Part shown: positions 36,201 through 47,174 of the stretch, piece by piece
How the letters are laid out: every line of letters begins with the position of its first letter
Position numbering within the stretch: position 1 is the stretch's first letter
NCBI RefSeq assembly: GCF_964355755.1
Contig: NC_092675.1
Coordinates: 2,475,812 to 2,539,811, forward strand
Reading direction: 5' to 3'
From: Antedon mediterranea
Lineage: Eukaryota; Animalia; Echinodermata
Length of the DNA: 64,000 nt
The notes under the pieces: model-generated
The model's database searches: none
What the model was told of the DNA's origin: nothing
Seen by the model: only the letters and a program-made list of their open reading frames with translations
Translations under genes and position numbers: made by a program

Positions 36201-39200
36201 CTTTGAATTCAGGTTTTAGTATGTTGTATGTAGTCTGTTTGCGTGCTAAACACGTTTGACTATCTTCATTACAGGGCAAATATTCATACATTTTATACTC
36301 CATCCAAGAGTTAGCTCTCTCACACTTTGATTACAGTAATTCATTCAGTCTGTTATTTCTTTATGCTTTAACATTCTCCTTTTTTCGTTTTAAAATATGT
36401 TTGCGTGCTAAACATGTTTGCCTATTTTCATTACAGGTATATAGTTATATCTTATATCAATAATTTGGTGCTTCGCTTCATTTGCCGAACTTGATTTCTG
36501 TATTGGGAGAAAACATTTATAAATTAAAAATTTAAATTAATAAAAAAAATGCTAATTACCTGAATTAATACCAGTTGTGATGACCCATGCCCCTGTTGTT
36601 TTAGCTGCCTTTTTAAGTCCTCTGCATAGTACAAGTTTCAACTTTGGTTGCAAATCAAAGTTGCGAAAGCCACCACGTATAGATATGACCAAATTTGGAA
36701 TATCAAGTTTGTACGTTTTTGATAATAGTTTGTATATCATTTCATTTGGTGTTTCATCTGATAGACGTAAAAACTGAAAAAAAAAAAACAAATTAAATTG
36801 ATTTACTGTATTGTGTCGTCTGTCGTTTATAGCATGGCGTATTGTAATTCAGTTGAACCTCTATTAAGGGGACACCTTTGAGACCCAACAAAATGTCCTT
36901 TTAATACAATAAAGCTCTGTCTACACTATCAGGGCTTTTCTTTTAAAAATTATAGGTGTGCTACAAATTGCACTTCTCAATACATTCAGGGGTGCTGTAG
37001 GTGTGCTGTTTGTATTTTGGTGTGTAGAAGTTTACCAAATTTAAGCGTGTTGTAAATCGCACTTGTCAAGAGCAGTTTAGGAGTGTGTTAGGTGAGTGAT
37101 CACACTCGCTCGCCTTAAAAAAAGACAAGGCCTGCACTATTAAACTTTATCTGCCCATACTGTACAGTATATGGACATAATGATGTCATATCACTGCCAA
37201 ATTAAAGATATCACTACCATATTTGGGCACATCACACTTTCCTTGTCAAACTACTGTAGTTTTATAATGTAGAAAGAGCATTAAAGTTTCATCTGAATAG
37301 AGGTTTGTCCCATTATTAGGAGTTTCCATGGATAGGGATGTCTCAAAGAAAAAGCCTAACAGTTATAATAAGTATGGAATTGTCTTTGCATGGATTTTTA
37401 AATGAGTGAATAAAAGTCTTCTAAGATAAGGACTGAACTGTAGTGTAAAAATATTGTTGTCTTCCCAATACAGTATAACGTTTCCCTTTTTTCCAGAGGT
37501 TTGTTGCTTATTTGTGGAAAGACGATTGATCACTGTCAACTATAAGGGGATCCTAAATAATGTAACATGTAGTCTATATAATACGGTAGGGAACATTTTC
37601 ACCAGTGTAGCATAGCTAAATAGCACACAATACCACCTTGTTGATGCATTATCAAATGATAGCCAAAAACGTATGCAAATTTATATATTTCCTAGTCCAA
37701 AATCAGATTGAGGACAGTTACGGCTAATCAACATGTTTTAATGCAATGCTCTATACTGGTTGTCACTCTAGAAAGCTCATTATCATTTGAACTCATTAAC
37801 CATTATCATATTAGTTGTTGCTTTTGCTATTAAAGGAAGAAGAAAACTAAACATGGAGATTATAGAGGTTCAGCTGAGCATAACAAAGGTATACACTTCA
37901 GTATTACTTATAATTCTTTCCTTTATTTTTATTTTATTTCAACCACATCCAACAGCAAAAAATCGCCAATTACAGGATGTCTTAAAACTCTTTAGATATA
38001 AATATAGAATTAAAAGCACATTAAAATACAAAACATGAATGAACCTTAATTCGCATAATAATCATTAATGATGTTTTGTGAATGAACAAATCAATAATTA
38101 TGTTCTTAAAAATAAATAATAATACATAACATTGTTACTATAAAAGGTGTTAAAAAGTTATTGAAAAAACACAAAAGAACAGTGGTAAATAGTCTACAGT
38201 ATGAGTGCCACTTACCTGGATAAACAGGGATACGATAATTATGATACGAAAAGTTTAAAGTTCCTAGAGCACACCTCTACCAGTAATGGACTAATCCTTC
38301 AACCATGTTACATTATTAGGTAGAGGGGTGCTTTAGCAACTTTTGACATTTTGTTACATATGCTCTCACCGGGGAGAGGAAGGGCTATTGTCGGTTTATC
38401 CAGGTAAGCTATGCACAAAATAGATTAGGTAGAACAGTTATTCTTTTTCTAGTAGAAAGGCTTTAAAAATCTTGGAAGGTACAGTATAATATCCTTCCTT
38501 TTTAACAAGACAAACAATTAGATGAAATTAAAAGAAGAATGCCAAAAAAAAAGAAAGTTAGATTAAAAACATAGAGTGATAATAAACTGTATGAATTTTA
38601 TTAGTAAGATTAGATGATACTGATATTCAGAAACATCCACATTTTATAGATATTATTAATATTATTATTAGTATAAACTGCACCATATACTGGCAGAATT
38701 GTTAAATTGTTGATTAAAAATTGTTATTATTTAACAAATGAATAATAATAATAACATATGAATTCCCTCCGGAATGTAGTCAGCATTTCTGTATTGCTTT
38801 TATAGCTCTACGTGTTGGCATGGTAACACATTTCACACTCGCATCTCACAAACTAAATCTCCGGGGGAAAAATACAAGCAGGTGTTAAGATTTTACATTT
38901 CCACACCTCACAATCGTGAAAACGTTGAAATAGTGCGAAACTTTGAATTCTCAATGTGTCTTATTTGGAGCCAAGTGATTTTGTTTGTACACCTTTTACA
39001 TTTTACAGATTATTAACCAGTTTCAGTTTATTGAGTATAAATAGTACAATACATATTTACCAATATTTATCATTTTTATTCTCATATAGTTATACATCTA
39101 AATTTTCAACACTGGTTGATACAACACTTCTGATATAATAAAAATAATAATATAATATCTGAATCTAAAATAATAATAATAGAAAGCCCATCAGCCTTCA

Positions 39201-42200
39201 TTAGAAAAGTTCACATTCATTTTAATTCACTTTAACTGTATTTTGTGTCTTTTATGTGTAAACTGATTTTGGGGTTGGGTCAACCGGCTCAGCTACAGTG
39301 ATTAAGTTCACTTAGGTTGACTCTGGTCTCACCAATTTCAGTTTTTTTTGTTATGTATATACTTAAATAGACCAAATAAATAATGAAATGAAAATCTGCA
39401 TTAAAATGTTATGATTGCTTTAAAAGGCTATCTTTTGCATGTTCCTCCAAACCTTTCCTCCAACTCCCATGCACAATTTCTGGATGATGCGTACCTGCTA
39501 CGATAATAGTTATCAATGTCTTGAAGCTTTAAAACCATAGAGAATTAACTAATATGACAACTTAAACCTGTTGGATATACACATTATACAAACTAAACTA
39601 TTATGTCAAATGTATGTGGTTTAAGGGTAAAATTGCAATATCATTTATTTTCTGGAAAGCCTTTTAAGTATGATGATGTATGCAATTTTTGGCAAAAATA
39701 AATTCCTAAATAAATCTACTAAAGGAAAATAATACCATGAAATCATTTACATTGCAAAAATGCTTTAGATACTAAAAACGGCAAAAATGTGAAAATTATT
39801 ATATATTATTATTATTATTATTATTATTATTACATGTTGTAAAATTCTAATCATGGGAAACTACAGTAATTTTACAGTTTTATTATTTTTTTATATTTAT
39901 AGTTTTACAGTTATTATATCAAGTATTCTTTAATAAACTTAATGCATTTAAAATGGGCCTATTTATAATAAACAAGGAGATGTGAAAATATTCTTATATA
40001 AAATGCCTTTTTTATAAAAACAAAACCATGATAATCAACCAGAATACTGAATTAAAATAAAATACTTAAATTATTAATGGGTTTCATTTGTTTTGAATTA
40101 CCTCCTTAATATATTTTCATATTTGAAATTATTCATGACAATTGAAAATTTATATTTTCTTGAATCGATTCAAATAAAAGTAACTTACACAGGTAGGAAA
40201 TCCTACAGAACATGATTAATTTATTTAAAAAATGTAAGGCTGGGCCTATTAAAAAAATTAAGCAAGAGTGGAAATAGAGCTCAGGGTATACACTTTGTCA
40301 TTTGATTGATAAGATTAATAGTTTATTGTTTTTGTATAAATTACCCAACAGGCAGAGATTAGCTAATGTTGCATCTTAATTGTCTGCAGGAAGTGAGTTT
40401 CTCTATTTGGAGAACACTGTACAGTATAGCACGTTTGTGTCATCATTGAAACAAATGTTAAGGATTTACTAATTATGAATTAAAAATGTTATTATAATAC
40501 TGTACAAACTAAAGGAAATTATTATTTCTATTTTTTGTTGATGAGTATTTTACAGTTACTTTTGTATCACAATCTGTGATAAATCAATGATGCCCTGAAA
40601 TACTAAATAATAATAAGAGATTCAGTTCCTTTTAGCATAGAGGTATTATATCTCTATGCTTTTAAAAATGCATGATGCTACTGGTAGATAGAAGGAAGTA
40701 TAAAGACAAAAGAATTGGACATAAAGATTGACAGGACTGTACAAAATGTAAAGTTGAGGGTATACATTTTTACAGTACTGTAGGTTGATACTGTAGGTAC
40801 AGCTCCTTAAATTAAACAGAGAGTAGTACCAGGCTTTTAATAAGATATGCTGGGTGGAAAAACATTCATTAGCTACCCATCAATATTGAACCAATTCAAT
40901 GTAAAAACAGCAATTTTAACTAGAAACGTCATTTTCAATAGAACATGAACCCAGTCAAGGGTAGGCTATACACATTTTACAGTTGGCTGTTGTAAGATAG
41001 GCCTTTTTGTCTTTACATTTGCCATTCCTTAGCATAAGAATGCAATGGCGCAAAACTTTGCTATCTGTCAATATAGAATGAATTAATTGATTCCATAAAG
41101 GCATAAACCGGAATAAAAAAAAGCAATTTATATCCTGCAAATGTTAAATAAGGAAGTAATTGAACTATTTGAACAACTACACCTTAACTCACAATCACAG
41201 TCATTCTATGTGCAGTACATTGTTATTCTATTTATTTAAAATGAAAAGTTGCAAAGTACAGTACAGAATAGAATAGTAAGGTTATACTGTTTTATAGTAA
41301 GGATAAAGTGTCCAAAGTTTGCCATTGTGCTAAAAGAGTGTCATGTGAAAAAGGGTGTCCTGTGAATAAGGGTGTTCCTGTTTGTTTTTATTTTTTGCTC
41401 ATATAAAAATAACATTGGTACAGAAATATATATATATATATACATCAAAAGTCGCAGACTTAACAAACAACAAAATCAGAACAAAGACAACAACAAAAAA
41501 CGAGTAGGAGCAAAGGATAACCTTCTAAACTCGAGTAAGGGTGTCTACTGAATAAGGGTGTCCCCTGAATAAGGGTGTCCCATGAATAAGGGTGTCCACT
41601 GAATAAGGGTGTCCCATGAATAAGGGTGTCCACTGAATAAGGGTGTCCCCTGAATAAGGGTGTCCCATGAATAAGGGTGTCCACTGAATAAGGGTGTCCA
41701 CTGAATAGGGGTGTCTACTGAATAAGGGTATCCCATGAATAAGGATGTCCTGTGAATAGAGGTGTCCCCTGAATAAAGGTGTCCTGTGAATAATGGTGTC
41801 CTGTGAATATGGGTTTCCACTGAATAAGGGTTTCCCCAGAATAAGGGTGTCCCTTGAACAAGGGAAGTCCTGTGACTAATGGTTTCTTTGAATAAGGGTG
41901 TCCTGTGAATAAGGGTATCATGTGAATAAGGATGTCCCCTGAATAAGGGTGTCCTGTGAATAAGGGTATCATGTGAATAAGGATGTCCCCTGAATAAGGG
42001 TGTCCCCTGAATAAGGGTGTCCCCTGAATAAGGGTGTCCCCTGAATAAGGGTGTTCCCTGAATAAGGATGTCCCCTGAATAAGGGTGTCCCTTGAACAAG
42101 GGAAGTCCTGTGACTAATGGTTTCTTTGAATAAGGGTGTCCTGTGAATAAGGATGTTCCCTGAATAAGGGTGTCCCTTGAACAAGGGAAGTCCTGTGACT

Positions 42201-44187
42201 AATGGTTTCTTTGAATAAGGGTGTCCCCTGAATAAGGGTGTCCCCTGAATAAGGGTGTCCTATGAATAAGGGATGTCATTTATTTACATTAAGGAGGAGT
42301 TCTACACATGTTCACAATCCCAAAACACATATTTTCATTTAAGTTAAAATCTAAGATTTATTGCCAAACCTGTGCTTTGTTGCCATGGCCACCTCCTTGA
42401 AACTCAATTCGGCCATATGCATCTGTTGGAAGTTGGATGGTGTTGGCTTTAGGTGACCACGGTTCCTTGGTTTTATGTTGTTTACTCATTCTGTGTAGAG
42501 CTTGTGATCGTCCACAACCACATCTGAGGAAAGAACCATATTTGGAAATGATTATTTATTTATTTATTTTAATATTATGACTTTAAAACAAAGTAATTGT
42601 GAACAAAAGAGAAATTCATCCTGTCCATGAAATGGAATAAAATAGTGGAAAGGGTCATGTTGCAAGATGAGAGGCGTAACTGATAATAATGATGATGTTG
42701 ATGATATTGACAATGATGATGATGATTGATGAACTGTAAACAATCAAACTAAATAATTATTAATTTAATATGGTGGTGATTAGATGTTGATGATTTTAAA
42801 TATTGCTATATAATTATAATATAACTTTTATTTCATGTTCTTCAATGTACTGTTATTTTCTATCATAAACTTGCTGAATTGTTTCAAGACTTTAGCAATT
42901 TGACTTGATTATTAATGAAATTTATAATTTTAAATATTTATATTAATACCTGTAAGAATCTCTACCACTTGGAGAAAACAGTTTGCATTCCTTCTTGAAA
43001 AAAGAAGTCTCGATCCAAGGACTTTGAGCCTAAAATGTAAACGAAAATTAATAGGATAATCATATACAGTACCTGTACCATCAACTGGCATTAAAAGATA
43101 TATGCACTGTATTCATTGGTGGGTAGACCCTCATATGGAAGATGATAGCATATTGGCCTGTCAAGTCAATACATATTTTATCGTGGCACACTATTATTTG
43201 CACCCTATTCATGATTGCAATGTTGAGCTACAAGTCCTCCAGAAATACTCTATTCAGATAAAGTCCTTGGGTTATCCCTTGACATCTAATCTAATATACT
43301 GTAATCTATACGAAGGATCTAATTGGGAAATCGAAGGATTAGTAATTGGCATAGTGATATCAATTACTAATACAGTAGGTCATGTGATAACTCTACACTA
43401 AGATCACAGTGCAGTGAAATAATATTGTTTTTCAGTGAGAGTACAATGATACCAGAAAGTGGAAGGTACAGTAATTTATCCATGTGTTTGCAAATAAATT
43501 GATATAGGCCTAGGGTTTGATTTAAAAATGCATGGCAGCCCGTAACTAAAAAGCAAGACAAAATGAGTATATCACAATAAAAAAATTGTTATAAACTAAA
43601 AATGGTGAAATAAAAAACTAAATCCCACAATTTTAAAGAGCTCCGCAACAAATTCAAAAGGGTTGCATAATTATAATAATATATTAATAAAAGTCTATTA
43701 TAGTCATAGCATAAAATATGAAGTATGTCTCGGTCTAGAGTAGTAGTAGCTAGTAGTACTAGTTGTAGGCCTAGGAAGGTGTCCTAAAGCCTATTTATTA
43801 TTAATAATATTACTGTATACCTAGAGTAGAGAGAGGCTATTTATTTAGGCCTTCTTCACAACATTTCTTCCCATCATGTCATAATAAAAAATCGTATGTG
43901 AACTAACAACTCAAACCAAATTTTATATTCTGTAAAGGCATTGATTGATAATGTTGTTTTGACAGTAGGTACTGTATCAGAATACAGTTAATTACATTCA
44001 GTATTGATCTTTTCCACCTGTTGCTAGGCTCCAGTTATCTCACGTTTGGTACCATACCGGTGTCCCATGCCGGTCGAAAACAAACTTTTCTGCACCTCAA
44101 GCATGCGAACCTGCCTATCATTTGCATTGACCGTCGGCCTAGCATTTATGGTTCTAAACCGACTTATTCATCTAATCTACTTACCAT
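15221..44187 (-). CDS. TRPM3: Transient receptor potential melastatin channel, TRPM1/3/6/7 clade (TRPM3-like), no alpha-kinase domain
   Basis: Phase-compatible GT-AG exons: 44187-44185 (ATG only), 43029-42950, 42523-42370, 36773-36560, 34005-33881, 33633-33462, 32983-32818, 32373-32250, 31871-31701, 25328-25194, 24702-24652, 23469-23338, 22933-22671, 22489-22261, 21896-21708, 21298-21149, 20725-20597, 19893-19645, 19316-19142, 18442-18319, 17863-17670, 17265-17133, 16394-15221 (TGA). Motifs: [46 protein letters not shown], pore [15 protein letters not shown] box WKFQRY, coiled coil, [10 protein letters not shown]. The symbol indicates the nearest vertebrate-like family member, not one-to-one orthology. 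Confidence 0.92.
17291..17550. repeat. Tandem repeat, 64-bp unit x4, in a TRPM intron
   Basis: TTTATGTGGGTGATCTAGCTATCAACAATAGTCAGGGGTGGATCCAGTAGGGGTATGAACTACT repeated almost perfectly. Confidence 0.95.
18558..18673 (+). pseudogene. 5S rRNA-derived sequence (pseudogene or head of a 5S-derived SINE3)
   Basis: TACGGCCTTACCACGTTGAAACACCGGTTCTCGTCAGATCACCAAAGTTAAGCAACATTGGGCCTGGTTAGAGCTTGGATGGGAGACCATCTGGAAATACCGGGTGCTGTA follows the metazoan 5S consensus with multiple substitutions. There is no T-run terminator, and it is a single intronic copy. Confidence 0.85.
21353..21675 (+). mobile_element. tRNA-derived SINE with a Deu/Nin-like central domain and (TTCAA)n tail; related fragment at ~61600-61665
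   Basis: A-box-like GTGGCCAAGCGGTT; central TCGGATAAT...AACTGTAGGTCC...GTAGGGGTTACCTCGGTGTACT resembles the Deu/Nin core as recalled; AATAAA plus simple-repeat tail. Confidence 0.6.
23640..24290. repeat. Minisatellite, 19-bp unit TAATAGAGGTGTTCCCCCT
   Basis: Roughly 30 tandem copies, homogeneous in the middle and degenerate at the edges; followed by a GGTTCTACTG MITE end at ~24316-24325. Confidence 0.9.
26481..26784 (+). repeat. Two tandem ~147-bp units, each with a degenerate tRNA-like segment
   Basis: TACCAT.AAAGCCCATG...GGATGTCTGCATATAAAGCAGAA repeated at 26481 and 26628. Confidence 0.7.
27217..27525. mobile_element. TTAA-flanked MITE (Kolobok-like)
   Basis: TTAA|AGATGTATTGTCCCC ... GGAGACAATATATCT|TTAA: inverted termini with a TTAA duplication. 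Confidence 0.6.
28334..28500 (-). mobile_element. 5'-truncated RTE-clade LINE 3' end with (GAT)n tail
   Basis: Minus-strand translation [47 protein letters not shown] (RTE-type PKTTW...DR..W C-terminus); 13-bp direct repeat TTTGGTGTTGTTT at 28321-28333 and 28496-28508. Confidence 0.7.
28654..31462 (-). mobile_element. Non-autonomous Helentron/Helitron2-type element (HINE, DINE-1-like), outer copy, interrupted by an inner copy
   Basis: Minus strand: 5' subTIR plus adjacent inverted repeat GTTATCCGC-ATTTG-GCGGATAAC, then a T-rich tract; 3' subTIR GCGGATAAC, stem-loop AACTCGTC..GACGAGTT and CTAGTT end; inserted in a T-run without a TSD. Confidence 0.7.
29790..31384 (-). mobile_element. Non-autonomous Helentron/HINE, inner copy of the same family
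   Basis: Same terminal architecture (AACTAGACATGAAACTCGTCACTTTGACGAGTTAGTTATCCGC ... AGTTATCCGCTACTAAGCGGATAACT on +). The body is colinear with the outer copy plus an extra internal segment. Confidence 0.7.
31505..31541 (-). ncRNA. Minimal type I hammerhead ribozyme motif, Penelope-like element type
   Basis: GCA-CUGAUGA-A-GGGC(uaguguu)GCCC-GAA-AGCU-C/UGC: intact core, 4-bp stem II, palindromic AGCU in place of stem III, 3-bp stem I GCA/UGC. Confidence 0.7.
41535..42278. repeat. Minisatellite, 17-bp unit AATAAGGGTGTCCCCTG
   Basis: About 40 tandem copies; they produce the spurious [16 protein letters not shown] ORFs. Confidence 0.9.
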
Positions 44188-45344
44188 AATGAATTGAATG
44201 AATGATATCTAAAAATCTGTAAATAACGAACTTCAGCATTTATTTCTTCACTGTCCTGTACAATAATTAACCATTATTTTGTTGTAATGATTCCATTTTC
44301 GATCGAAAACTGAAATCCGAGAAAGAAATCAGTAAAAATGAAAATCTCATAGTGCGCCCTCTCTAACTAACTTCTTACGTCTGTTTTTTTATAAACCACC
44401 ATTTCATCATTGTTGCCTACTTATGATCAATCAAATAATTAATTCATTATTTTTCATTGATTGATGTTAGATATTTAGTCTATTTTCCTCGTGTTGCCTT
44501 AGGCCTATTCATCCATTTATCCATCCGCCCCGTCCCATCCATTCATCCATCTCCATCCATTACCTTTTGATCAATCATTTGTCAATAGTAAAGGCCCTAT
44601 AATAATATGTAGGCCTATAGCGCCTAATATATGAACCTTGTATTTGTGTTTGCATTTTGTGCTCGTCTATCCTTGCCCAATGTGATGTATCATTAAATCA
44701 TTAACTATATGTCTGATATAACACAATTATGGTGTAGGCCTAGCCCTAATACAAAATTATTATTACGAATATTCACGGAGTGTGTTTTTCCTTATATTAG
44801 TATTACTCTAGCAGAATACAAATCTAATCTTCCCATTACACAACATACAAATAAATGAAACAGAAAACAATAATATAACCACAGCCTGATGACACAATTT
44901 TCCATATGTTTATCTTCGTTTTATTTATAGATAACTTGTTGATATTGGAACTAATAAGCAAATTGATTTATTTGACCATACTAAGAAGTCAAGATACTTT
45001 AATGGTATTAATTCCGCGAGCATTTCAATAGGCCTGCGTTGATTGTACAACTGATGCCGCATGTCACCTCGGCCAAAGAACAACAACCCAGGCAGATAGA
45101 TCTCTTGAAGTATCCTATTATTTAAGCTTAAAGTTTGATCACTACCATATTTGGACACATCATACTTTGTTTGTCAAACTAGTTTGATAGTGTAGACAGA
45201 GCTTAAGATGTGTTATTATCTCTCAATCTTTAAAATGTTTCCTTGTCCACCCTCTAATTCATCCATGTTCCAACTACTGTAATTTTATATTTTTGATTTA
45301 GGCCTACAGACATAGCGGATCTGTGAAATGAAAAAAAGGTCGCC

Positions 45345-45416
45345 GCTCTAACCGAGATTCAAACACAAACTTTCTGCTTGATATGCAGACATCCTACCAG
45401 TAGACCATACTGAGAC
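45345..45416 (-). pseudogene. Degenerate tRNA-like sequence (pseudo-tRNA or SINE head) followed by a T7 run
   Basis: GTCTCAGTATGGTCTACTGGTAGGATG-TCTGC-ATATCAA-GCAGA-AAGTTTGTGTTTGAATCTCGGTTAGAGC. The anticodon arm is intact; the T and acceptor stems are poor. Confidence 0.5.
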
Positions 45417-46022
45417 TTTCACGATATAGTTCAAAATAATATAGATAACACAAAACTCACAGCGTAATGTTATACTGTAGTTTATTAATACTGATGATAA
45501 TATCATATCATCTTCATAAATCATATTCAAATATATAAATGATAAATATTTTTTTTTTACGTTTATTTTTCATATACATATATTTATATTGTGCTTAATC
45601 TTCTATCTGTCGACCCATTTCGTAATATGAGATGTACAATCCGAAAAAGCGGAAACAATCCACAAGAACCTTAGCTTTTTCCCTTACCATCATTATTGCT
45701 GCTGTACATAATTGCTTGGTCCAATGTATATGGTCCAATATATGGATAGCAATAAATATTACACTATACAAATAGAGAGAATGCACAGTTATAATGGCCT
45801 GCTATAGACCAGTGGTTTTAAGAACTGTTTGTAATAATGGTATTTTTTTGCCAACAGAAATTGGTCCTCTGAACAAAAAAAAACATCTTAAATATACGCC
45901 ATACCGTTTGCCATGTTTTAATGGATTTCTTACAGAATTATCAGGACTCCTTAATAAAAGGTTAAGGTGATTCGCATTATTTTGGCTCTGGGGAAAAAGG
46001 GAATCTCAATTTTTGTTTTTCT

Positions 46023-47174
46023 CTAAATAGATCTTAACTCACTAATTCTATTATCATGATTTACAGCCTTTTTGAAACACAGTGCTTCAACATATGCTGT
46101 TCTATAAACAACGCTAAAAGTGGTATACAACAAGGAATTAACAGCAGAGTTAAGGTACATAAAAGTTCGAGATAGATTCGTAAATATTGTGTTGTTTTCA
46201 AGCAGTATCTTACTAGCTGTTTCAGAGTTCCACACACCAACGATTCCCCCTAGAAAACACGTTAACATGTAAGGGGCTAGACACACAAAATACACTGCGC
46301 TGTTTATTAAAAGCATGTGTGTTATACGCTGTTTTCTTTGTCGACGCCTCGTGACGATGTCTGTGTGCTCTTTGCACACACTCTGTGTGTGTTTCTTAAG
46401 TACCCTGATTAACTTAAAGTAGAAATAAGAATTTAAAAAGAACGCAACAATAAAAGGAATTCCTTGGCTAATGTTATAATAAACTTGAAATCCAGCTGTA
46501 ATATTCTGTTCCAAAATAGTTGTTGGATAATCCGTGTAATTTCCTCCGGGAGGCCATTCTATGCAAATATGACAATAACGAATGTTTGGAGGTAAAAATA
46601 AAATTGAGAAAAATAATCCCGTACCCCAGATGAAACATAGCAGTTTAACAAGGTGTCTCTGTTTAATACATCTAGTTTGTATATTTAGGCCTACTTTACG
46701 TGTAGGGCTTTCTCTTTGTAATGTTGGATGGCAAACCACATTGTATCTCTCGTAGGCCACTGTTGTTATTGCGATCAAGGAGGCTTGGAACGTCAATTCG
46801 ATAAAGCTCTGGAGAATTGTATATGATTTTGCACTAAATGGGAAAACATCGTTAGCAAATGTTGACGAACTAAAACGAAGCGTTTTTTCACCAACAGCCA
46901 AAATTAGAAACAGTATATCAGAGATTGCCAAACTCGCAAGAAGAGCGTTCAATGTTGTTCGCATTCTGTGTACTCTATACAAAACAAATAAAAATATTCC
47001 ATTGTTTAAAACTCCAAATACGAGAATGATGGGAAATATCTTTGTGATGAAGAGCTCATCAACGTCAGCATATGAATTAGTTGAAATGTAATCGTCTGCT
47101 TCCGAAACGTTCAAAGTTATATTAGAATTACACTCCATAACATTCGTCAAACTGTTGTTAATTCTGTAACTCAT
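46023..47174 (-). CDS. Intronless class A (rhodopsin-like) GPCR, orphan peptide-receptor-like
   Basis: 383-aa ORF with N-glycosylation sites in the N-terminus and seven hydrophobic segments; motifs GxxNN (TM1), LAISD (TM2), ERY (TM3), W (TM4), CLAP (TM6), NSxVNSLLY (TM7). Confidence 0.9.
   Translation of the reverse strand: MSYRINNSLTNVMECNSNITLNVSEADDYISTNSYADVDELFITKIFPIILVFGVLNNGIFLFVLYRVHRMRTTLNALLASLAISDILFLILAVGEKTLRFSSSTFANDVFPFSAKSYTILQSFIELTFQASLIAITTVAYERYNVVCHPTLQRESPTRKVGLNIQTRCIKQRHLVKLLCFIWGTGLFFSILFLPPNIRYCHICIEWPPGGNYTDYPTTILEQNITAGFQVYYNISQGIPFIVAFFLNSYFYFKLIRVLKKHTQSVCKEHTDIVTRRRQRKQRITHMLLINSAVYFVCLAPYMLTCFLGGIVGVWNSETASKILLENNTIFTNLSRTFMYLNSAVNSLLYTTFSVVYRTAYVEALCFKKAVNHDNRISELRSI

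Noticed and set aside
41460-42184. Repetitive ORFs ([16 protein letters not shown])n
   Set aside because: Translation artefact of a 17-bp minisatellite.
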